A stretch of 64,000 nt of DNA from NCBI GenBank assembly GCA_964014485.1, contig CAXHAT010000010.1, positions 5,150 through 69,149 of the forward strand, read 5' to 3'. Numbering within the stretch: the stretch's first letter is position 1; every line of letters starts with the position of its first letter. Source of the stretch: an uncultured Deferribacteres bacterium (GTDB lineage Bacteria > Zhuqueibacterota > Zhuqueibacteria > Zhuqueibacterales > Geothermadaptataceae). Made by a program: the position numbers and the translations under genes. Of the stretch, positions 49,201 through 55,572 are shown piece after piece. The notes under the pieces are model-generated. The model saw only the letters and a list, made by a program, of their open reading frames with translations. It was not told the origin of the DNA and did no database searches.

Positions 49201-49702
49201 GCTCGCCGCTGCCGCGAACAACGCGAACGCCGGCGACTTTGCCGCGAAGTGCTGATTCCGGAGATGCGGAAGGCACTTGCTCAAGCGCTTGTTGGCTGAC
49301 TCGACCAACGCTAAAGGCCAATTTGGCTTTCGGCGTATCATCAACAACGCCCGTCACAATAATCGCGTCCATTTCGAGAACGTCGAGCGAAAGGGCGAAG
49401 TCAAGAGTGTGAGAGCCCGGAGTCAAATTCAGTTTTTCGGTTTTGGTGTGGTAACCAATGAACCGAGCTTCCAAAGTGACTTCCTGGCCGTTTGCCATTG
49501 AGGCGGGTACAGTAAACGAGTACTCGCCGTTTTCATTAGTAGCGGCGCCAAGCTTTGTGGTGCGAACGAGAACGTTTGCGCCAGGCAGCGGATCGCCGGC
49601 TTCGTCCGTGATTTTTCCTGAAATTGTGGCTTCCTGGGCAATAAGCGCCATTGGAAGCAGGAAAAAACTCAGACAAACGGTTAGAAAAAACTTAGATCTC
49701 AT
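46256..49702 (-). CDS. susC: SusC/RagA-family TonB-dependent outer-membrane transporter
   Basis: Has a signal peptide (MRSKFFLTVCLSFFLLPMALIAQE), a carboxypeptidase-regulatory-like domain (ISGKITDEAGDPLPGANVLV), a plug (SMEIVKGAAGASLYGSRAANGVVNITT) and a C-terminal aromatic terminus (...TGVFEIEF). The Met at 49702 has GGAGGA upstream. Confidence 0.9.
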   Translation of the reverse strand: MRSKFFLTVCLSFFLLPMALIAQEATISGKITDEAGDPLPGANVLVRTTKLGAATNENGEYSFTVPASMANGQEVTLEARFIGYHTKTEKLNLTPGSHTLDFALSLDVLEMDAIIVTGVVDDTPKAKLAFSVGRVSQQALEQVPSASPESALRGKVAGVRVVRGSGEPGSDASVMLRAPTSINSSGRSQDPLYIIDGVIIDPSVSASPLTDIPAEDIISMEIVKGAAGASLYGSRAANGVVNITTNRGQGAALNQTKIRVRNEFGINELYKNYPLSETHWFRIHEGASDYTDANNITVSPGDFIDNDGNFVDPRATTGRVIDRYTGNYDPNNPDDGVKATIAFSDKPYKWVATGDILLNEDGTVQIDPATGKPVGLQLIPEGGFNMVDELFDPGTFMTNNATVVRNMESTNFSLSFGNRSEDGVIDGLKGFSRRNVRLALDHKFRDDLTVSISGFVSDTDRDDIRTGVGSPFFGLTFISPDADPRIRHAAVGTKTAEFPNGLPEDIGGDLFILPDPLAQRDNPLYEPQNLPRKDETTRIMGGLSLAYQPANWFKLEGSFSYDKSNRERSRFWRIGFQDPFDIDITSGRLVKFPALDQAMNGHFTASFQKALMNNNLTLRTKVRGLFERSELQNTFAQGTDLAVRGVRDLSVANSTKLVIDSEIQQVRSEGFFVTTAFDYKDKYIGDFLIRRDGSSLFGPDERWATYYRVSGAYRIGQESWWPISGVQDFKLRASYGTAGGRPNFFARFETWAVNAGNVSKATLGNKELKPEFAQEFEAGIDFTFANRFSVELTRAESTVEDQLLEVPLPSYAGYTTQWQNAGTLESSTWEASLQGSLLQSRDKSWTFGVVFDRTEQTITELNLPAYNWAPAFTQGASVFRVQEGEEFGALYGGRKIYELNDLLDQNVTQDELSQFQVNDEGYVVWVGDGNSWTEGVSKQLWGSQATLSNGTQYTWGFPIDYADAEGQNFQKTGSTVPNFNMGFSSNFRFKGFTFYGLIDAQSGGQLYSRTVDWGYGVEQRHGDNNQEGKTEETMKPTEYYRELSRSSGGSARDTFVFDAEYLKLRELSVRYSFGRKQLSGLFGGLLDKVTFGIVGRNLLTFDNYDEGYDPEVGIVSNGTDGGSSVVTRVDSFNYPNYRTFTGVFEIEF

Positions 49703-50221
49703 AGACCTATCCTCCGCGGTTAAGTTAAGAGTGACCATCTAACCAACTAAATGAATTGTAAAACAACCATCTTTAGGTCTGTTTCAAACCAAAAGAGCAG
49801 TTATTCGATCTTCGTGGAGCATGTGTAGGAGTGACGTTTGGATTGTCTAGAACAGACAAATCGGGAAGGCTGAAATTTGTCATTTTTCTCCGATCAATAA
49901 TTAGCGTTCCAAAAATAGTCCTGGATGTTAAGAAAAGCGAAAACTCGCTTTAAGCATGGCGATAACATCCTCTAGAAAAACAGCCCAGTTTTGGCAATTT
50001 TTGAGCCATTGCAGAAATGTGATGAGGTAAAGTTATCTAAAATAATATCTTGAAGGGAAAGTGCATCATGCTGTAGAATGCGGATTAGTGCAAGTTAGTG
50101 CATACTTTTAGAGCGAAATTTTGCACCCGGCTTTTCTTATGTAATCCGAGTGGAAACATAGAGTTTATCCGACGATACGCGACGCATCGTTTGAAGATGT
50201 TCAGAAAGCTAATTTTTTACA

Positions 50222-52858
50222 TTAAGCGCTCTGAAAATCCGTGCGGCTGTTTTCTATGAAAAGCTGTTCCGTCTTCGTGTGGGGAAAGGCTGGTAGGGAA
50301 AGTTTAATGGTGAAATTGAATATGCTGCCCGCGCCGCTCTCGCTCTGCACTTGAATCTCTCCCCCCATCATGCGAATGAGCTGCGAAGAAATCGTCAAGC
50401 CAATGCCTGCGCCGCCGAATTGTCGCGAGTGAGAAGCGTCCCCCTGAGTAAACAATTCAAAAATTGCATTTTGCTGGTCGCTTGGAATGCCGACGCCCGT
50501 ATCTGAAACGGAGAAATGCAAGATCGCCGTTTCGTCGTCGAGTTCGCCCGTTTTAACCGTGAAATGAATTTCTCCCTTGTGCGTGAATTTAATGGCGTTA
50601 CCGATGATGTTCATCAAAACCTGCTGCAATCTGCGATGATCGCCCATGAGCTTGTTCGGAATTTTTTGATCAAGATGAACCGTCAGGGAAAGGCGCTTTT
50701 GGTTCGCGCGGGCGCGCAAGGGCGCGATTGTCTGATCAATTTTTTTTCGAAAATCGAACTCAGACGAGACAAGCTGCATTCGTCCGGTTTCAACGCGTGA
50801 AATATCAAGGATGTCGTTTAGCAGCCCTAAAAGCAGGTAAGCGGATTCTTTGATCATGTTGGCGTACTCTTGCTGCGGCGGCGTAAGCGGATCTTCCAGA
50901 ACAAGATCGCTCATGCCGATAATAACGTGCAGCGGCGTCCTGATTTCATGACTCATGTTGGCCAGGAATCGGCTTTTTGCCTGGCTGGCGACTTCGGCGG
51001 CTTCTTTCGCTTCCCGCAGGTCGAGTAAAGCCTGTTTGCGGTCTGTAACGTCGGACAAAATACCGAACGCCCCGGTTCGCGCGCCCTGTGCATTGAAGAT
51101 TGGCGCTGCGTTCATTCTGACCCAGATTTGGTCGCCGGCCTTATCTCGCGTCTTGAAATCATAGGATTCGAAGCGGGCCGTTGATTTCAACAAAGTCAAG
51201 TGCTTGGCCGCGCGCTTGTCAAGCGTATCAAACATGTTTCTTCCGTTTTTGCCGATAACCTCCGATTCCACGAAACCAAAGATTTCACAAAATCGGCGAT
51301 TGACCAGGTAAATTGTGTCTTCATGATCCACCGCGATCACAGCTTCGTGCATGTTTTCCATCAATGTGCGGCGGCGCATCTCAGACATCTTGATCGCTTC
51401 TTGCGCTCTTTTTTGCTCGGAAACGTCTCGAATCAGAACCAGCGAAGCCGGTTTGCCTTCAAAAGTTATCGGCGCAGTCGAGATCGCCGCATCGACGGCC
51501 GTTCCGTCCAGGCGCAGGACTTTCTCTTCCATAACCCGGCCAAGTTCGCCTGAATAGCTGCGTTCGACGCGACGCCTGACCACGTCACGGAAGTCCGGGT
51601 GGACAAAATCCAGAATTGGCTTTCCGACGACGTCTCGAAATCGTTCGCCGCCAAAAAGTTTTAAGCCGGAAGCGTTCGTATAAACGATTTTTTGCTCTTG
51701 ATGAACGACAATCGTTTCCGGCGACAATTCAACCAGGCGACGATACCGTTCTTCACTTTCGCGCGTTTTTTGAATCGCCCGTTTTTGCGCCGTGATGTTT
51801 CGCGCAAACACTGAAACGCCGGATATTTGAGTTTCGTCGTTGGAAACGATTGGATTGAACGAAATTTCTGTAATTATTCGCGTATCCTGAAAATCGAAAA
51901 CTTTTTCCGTGGAGAAATGCTCGCCGGCCAACGCCCTGTTGTAAAATCCAAGCCACTCTTCGTGAAGCGCTTTCGGCGCTCTTTGAATGATATTCATTCC
52001 CGGCTTCAAAACCTTGCCGTACTCCAGAGCAAATTGCGTCTGAAAAACGGAATTGACCGTGACCAAATTATAGCCGCGATCAATTGACCAGATGGCGTCT
52101 TGCGTATTTTCGATGACGGCGGAAAGATTGGCGCGACTTTCCGCGTGCTGATGCATGTGGGAAACGACTTCTTCTAAGTCCTTCTTGCGAACCTTTGCCG
52201 CAATGATGCTCAAAATCGCAATGAGCGCGACAAGGCCAAATGGTTGTAAAACGTCTATGGCGCGCAAATTCCGGGTTAATGCAGCGATCAAAACCATCGC
52301 AGAACTGCTGAAAAACGCAAGCGCCAAAGTTGATTTGGTCGATAAAACGAGGCTGCTCAGAAGAAAAGCGACGCTTAACAATAGAAAAGGCGTTGGAGGC
52401 TGAGCCGTCAAAGCTTCAAATTGGAGAAGCGTTGAAAGCGCCGCGCAAGCAAGAGCGCCGACGGCCAGCTTTGCGCCCCAATGAAAATAGCGCGTCCGGC
52501 TTAACCAGTAAGCGGCGCCCTGAAAAATGAGCATTCCCGCGACGATGAGAAATTCAGGATCGGTCAAAGGGGAAAAGGCTTCGCCGCGGCGGATTGGGAT
52601 CAGGACGAACGCCAACATAAAGATGGGAAGGAAGAGCGCAAGCAGCAGCGTCGCCAGCAAACGGGCCCTACGCTGATCCGCCGCTTCGATTACTCGGGAC
52701 GGACGGGTTGCTTTTTGCCAAATATTTCTGATGATGAGATAGATACGCCGCAGTTTCACAACTCTGCCCTGCTTGAAGATCGCGGACTTGTTCACGTCTT
52801 GCGGGTTTTCAACCGCCGGGGGCGTGTTTTCAAGGCGAGACTTTTCTATATCTATCAA
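50222..52858 (-). CDS. membrane-bound PAS-domain sensor histidine kinase (no receiver, no cognate regulator in window)
   Basis: The N-terminus is a multi-TM region (~aa 60-230), followed by three PAS-like segments. H-box is MSHEIRTPLHVIIG, N-box NIIGNAIKFT and G-boxes DTGVGI and GGAGIGLTIS. Confidence 0.85.
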   Translation of the reverse strand: MIDIEKSRLENTPPAVENPQDVNKSAIFKQGRVVKLRRIYLIIRNIWQKATRPSRVIEAADQRRARLLATLLLALFLPIFMLAFVLIPIRRGEAFSPLTDPEFLIVAGMLIFQGAAYWLSRTRYFHWGAKLAVGALACAALSTLLQFEALTAQPPTPFLLLSVAFLLSSLVLSTKSTLALAFFSSSAMVLIAALTRNLRAIDVLQPFGLVALIAILSIIAAKVRKKDLEEVVSHMHQHAESRANLSAVIENTQDAIWSIDRGYNLVTVNSVFQTQFALEYGKVLKPGMNIIQRAPKALHEEWLGFYNRALAGEHFSTEKVFDFQDTRIITEISFNPIVSNDETQISGVSVFARNITAQKRAIQKTRESEERYRRLVELSPETIVVHQEQKIVYTNASGLKLFGGERFRDVVGKPILDFVHPDFRDVVRRRVERSYSGELGRVMEEKVLRLDGTAVDAAISTAPITFEGKPASLVLIRDVSEQKRAQEAIKMSEMRRRTLMENMHEAVIAVDHEDTIYLVNRRFCEIFGFVESEVIGKNGRNMFDTLDKRAAKHLTLLKSTARFESYDFKTRDKAGDQIWVRMNAAPIFNAQGARTGAFGILSDVTDRKQALLDLREAKEAAEVASQAKSRFLANMSHEIRTPLHVIIGMSDLVLEDPLTPPQQEYANMIKESAYLLLGLLNDILDISRVETGRMQLVSSEFDFRKKIDQTIAPLRARANQKRLSLTVHLDQKIPNKLMGDHRRLQQVLMNIIGNAIKFTHKGEIHFTVKTGELDDETAILHFSVSDTGVGIPSDQQNAIFELFTQGDASHSRQFGGAGIGLTISSQLIRMMGGEIQVQSESGAGSIFNFTIKLSLPAFPHTKTEQLFIENSRTDFQSA

Positions 52859-52952
52859 ATTACAAAAGATTCAATTTTTTGCAGAATCATATCCTTGAAA
52901 CAATTATATTCTTCCCGCTCAATTCGGTTCTCAAACTCAAACCTGATCATGG

Positions 52953-53612
52953 ATGTCTTCTGAAATAAAACCACAGTACATTGCCGTCGCGGGCAACATT
53001 GGCGTCGGCAAAACCACTTTGACGCGGCTCTTGTGCGAGCAATACGATTGGCTTGGCTTTTACGAAAACTTTGTTGAAAATCCCTACCTGGAAGATTTTT
53101 ATGAAGACATGAGAGGGTTTGCGTTTCAGTCACAGGTCTTTTTCTTGAAAGAGCGCATCAAAGATCATTTTGAAATCCATGACGCGCACAAAACTTGCGT
53201 GCAAGACCGGACGATTTACGAAGACGCCGAGATTTTCGCTCGCAATTTATACGACCGCAAAATGATGTCGAGCAGGGACTACGCCGTCTATGCCGACCTT
53301 TATCGGAGCATAAAAGGCTTTCTCCGCCCGCCCGACTTTTTTATCTATTTACAAGCGTCCGCCTGGACGCTGATTAGCCGAATTCGCAAACGCGGACGGA
53401 CTTATGAGCAAAGCATCGACAAAGAATATCTGTTGCAGCTCAACGCAACCTATGAACAGTGGGCTAAAGAAACGGCGGCGGAACAGCCCGTTCTAATCAT
53501 TAACACGGATGATCGCGATATCGTCGACGATCTGGAATGGCAAAAAGAAGTGTTGGTGAGAATTGAAAGCTTCGGTCGAGAAGTACGAAGTAAAAGAGAA
53601 GAGAATCTATGA
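52953..53612 (+). CDS. deoxynucleoside kinase
   Basis: P-loop AVAGNIGVGKTTL. YLEDFY, FQSQVFFL and QDRTIYED are typical of the dAK/dGK/dCK family. Confidence 0.8.
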   Translation: MSSEIKPQYIAVAGNIGVGKTTLTRLLCEQYDWLGFYENFVENPYLEDFYEDMRGFAFQSQVFFLKERIKDHFEIHDAHKTCVQDRTIYEDAEIFARNLYDRKMMSSRDYAVYADLYRSIKGFLRPPDFFIYLQASAWTLISRIRKRGRTYEQSIDKEYLLQLNATYEQWAKETAAEQPVLIINTDDRDIVDDLEWQKEVLVRIESFGREVRSKREENL

Positions 53613-54253
53613 AATTGACTGATTCAGGGAAAAGCCTCCGCTTCATCGCTGTTTGCTGTCTTTTGCCGTGGCTAATTCAATGCTCTTCCAGCAAACCGAA
53701 TCTCGCCAAAACTGAGAATGACGACAAGCAAGAAAGCGTTGCGGAGAAGCCGCAAAATCCGGCGGTCGTGCTGCGAACGACCAAAGGAGAAATCACCATC
53801 GAGCTTTTGCCGAAAAAAGCGCCGAAGTCTGTTGAGAATTTTTTGCAGTACGTCCGGGACGGTTTTTATGACGGCACGATTTTTCACCGCGTCATTCCGG
53901 ATTTCATGATCCAATGCGGCGCGCTCACTGCTGATCTGAAACCCAAGAAAACGCGCGAGCCCGTCCAGAACGAAGCGAAGCGCAGCATCAAGAATTCGCG
54001 TGGAACGGTTACAATGGCTCGGCGTTCGGGGCGAAACAGCGCAACCGCCTCGTTTTTCATCAATCTCAATCAGAACACTCATCTCGACTACGGCGTGGAC
54101 GAGTTTGGCTACACGGTTTTCGGCAGAGTCGTCGCAGGCATGGAAGTCGTTGATGCCATCGCCGCCGCGCCGACGACTACGCTGAAACAATTGAAAAACA
54201 TTCCGACCGATCCGCCGGTGATTTTACAGGCGGAGATCATAAATGCCAATTGA
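53609..54253 (+). CDS. cyclophilin-type peptidyl-prolyl isomerase, lipoprotein
   Basis: The lipobox is LIQCSS. The cyclophilin core is FHRVIPDFMIQCG and GTVTMAR...NSATASFFINL. The start overlaps the upstream stop by 4 nt. Confidence 0.85.
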   Translation: MKLTDSGKSLRFIAVCCLLPWLIQCSSSKPNLAKTENDDKQESVAEKPQNPAVVLRTTKGEITIELLPKKAPKSVENFLQYVRDGFYDGTIFHRVIPDFMIQCGALTADLKPKKTREPVQNEAKRSIKNSRGTVTMARRSGRNSATASFFINLNQNTHLDYGVDEFGYTVFGRVVAGMEVVDAIAAAPTTTLKQLKNIPTDPPVILQAEIINAN

Positions 54254-54261
54254 GAGTTTAA

Positions 54262-54660
54262 TTGTCGAACGGATCACGCTCAATAAACGAAGAGGGTTTT
54301 AAAATTAGCTATTATTACGCGATTGATGGAGATGATATCGGGAAAAAGTTAGAAGAATACGCCTTAAAAAACGATATCCGAGCAATTGTGAGTCTTTCGA
54401 ATAGAGTCAAAGCCGCTCTTTTGAAAATTCAGAATCATATCCACTCCAAGGGAGGTGAGACTATTTTCTGTGAAGGAGATAGTTTGTTGGCGTGTTCGGA
54501 CGAATTGATTGAGGTTTCTATGCAACAGTTGTCTTTTAATGAAAATGTATCATTTTCTGCAGGAGTTGGATCGACAAGCGCACTTGCACTTTTGGCACTG
54601 AAGAAAGCGAAAGGACTCGGAAAAAGCCGAATTGAAATTTTCATGGAGCGTCCGGAATGA
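54262..54660 (+). CDS. stand-alone minimal Cas10/GGDEF-type palm (mCpol-like) nucleotide cyclase/polymerase, 132 aa
   Basis: TTG start 8 nt after the cyclophilin stop. Palm motifs appear in the canonical order: YYYAIDGDDIG (nt 54310-54342), FCEGDSLLA (nt 54466-54492, equivalent to the GGDEF/GGDD hairpin), SFSAGVG, and ALLALKKAKGLGKSRIEIF (equivalent to A..AK..GRNR). There are no other domains. The gene is AT-rich relative to its flanks. Assignment is by motif pattern only. Confidence 0.65.
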   Translation: MSNGSRSINEEGFKISYYYAIDGDDIGKKLEEYALKNDIRAIVSLSNRVKAALLKIQNHIHSKGGETIFCEGDSLLACSDELIEVSMQQLSFNENVSFSAGVGSTSALALLALKKAKGLGKSRIEIFMERPE

Positions 54661-55310
54661 AAGCACTGGTTTTGGTTCAAAGTCCAAGAGTTGATACATA
54701 CATAAATGTTTTTGCAGCTATTTGTCACAAATATAAAAAAGTGAAGCAGATACGGCTTTTATATATTACTGAAGACAAAAACTCTGTGACAAAGAAAGAA
54801 ATTCGAGAACGTTTAGTTGAACTCTCCAAAGAGTACGCCCTGTATGAAGGTGCGGCAGATGTTTTCAAAGACACAGATGACTGCTCTTTTGAAAAACTAG
54901 GGGTTTATACTAAGCAGTGGGATATTGTTGATGTTTCAGGGCTAAGTAAAGAAACATCCATAAGCATCGCTGCAATGTCTGTTTCGAATCGTAATGTTCG
55001 AGTCTGCTCGGTTCATTGGTTAAAACAATTTAAAAAAGGGGATGCTTGGGTTTTATCAGATAGTAATCATGAATATATTAATTTGTTAAGCACCGGAGCT
55101 CTTGCCCTATTAAGGAATGATCATTTCCAGAAAAGGCATGTCATAATAGCCTTTGGCGGAATTTTTGGATCGCTTACGCTGCTTGTTCTTTTTAAAATAA
55201 TGTTTCCAACGTTTTTTATACCCAATATTGTCGTAAATGTTTTTGGGCTCCTGATTGGCGTTGCAGGCTTATATTTGGCGGCAGTTAGTTTATCAAATGG
55301 TGTGAAGTAG
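54657..55310 (+). CDS. CARF-like (Rossmannoid) sensor domain fused to two C-terminal TM helices - predicted membrane effector
   Basis: An ATGA overlap with the upstream gene. The N-terminal ~155 aa start with a beta strand (KALVLVQSP) and contain DIVDVSGLSKETS, which resembles the D-[IV]-[TS]-G-x-x-K ligand loop of CARF-type sensors. TM helices are HVIIAFGGIFGSLTLLVLFKIMF (aa 161-183) and IPNIVVNVFGLLIGVAGLYLAAVSL (aa 187-211), at nt ~55137-55289. Confidence 0.55.
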   Translation: MKALVLVQSPRVDTYINVFAAICHKYKKVKQIRLLYITEDKNSVTKKEIRERLVELSKEYALYEGAADVFKDTDDCSFEKLGVYTKQWDIVDVSGLSKETSISIAAMSVSNRNVRVCSVHWLKQFKKGDAWVLSDSNHEYINLLSTGALALLRNDHFQKRHVIIAFGGIFGSLTLLVLFKIMFPTFFIPNIVVNVFGLLIGVAGLYLAAVSLSNGVK

Positions 55311-55330
55311 CTGAAATCAACCTAAGTTAT

Positions 55331-55402
55331 TCAACGCCTCGACTGCCAAAACCAGCTTTGCGGAGAATCGACGGCGCACAGATCTTGGCTAACTTGCTGT
55401 GT
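55331..55402 (-). pseudogene. 3'-terminal remnant of a DUF900-type alpha/beta hydrolase paralog
   Basis: The minus-strand translation TQQVSQDLCAVDSPQSWFWQSRR* matches the C-terminus of the intact hydrolase at 57679-58797 (...FGLRAVDSPEGRFWKVRR*). At the nucleotide level, 55361-55381 and 57709-57729 are identical at 19 of 21 positions. An in-frame stop immediately upstream (55403-55405) leaves only ~23 codons. Confidence 0.55.
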
Positions 55403-55572
55403 TTAAAGAGGTGCGCCTAAGGTCACTTTGGAACGATTTGAAAATCATTCCAATCGATTCTCTGGTTACCTTACACATGGAAATTCTCGAATAAAAGCGT
55501 TAGTCCGCGGCAGCATGTGCTTCTGGGGTTAACAAGAGCAAATGGTTTGCAGTTTTCAAAAGGAAAACACCG

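Noticed and set aside
49992-50006. TGGCAATTTTTGAGC resembling a sigma54 -24/-12 element
   Set aside because: The GG-to-GC spacing is one nt short of consensus. It is on the plus strand, and no plus-strand gene lies downstream; both neighbours are minus-strand.
52953-54253. Considered whether deoxynucleoside kinase + cyclophilin belong to the defence cassette, since the four genes are co-oriented and tightly packed
   Set aside because: Their GC content matches the host flanks (about 58% in the sampled segment), and both are ordinary housekeeping families. They more likely provide the promoter that the inserted cassette exploits.
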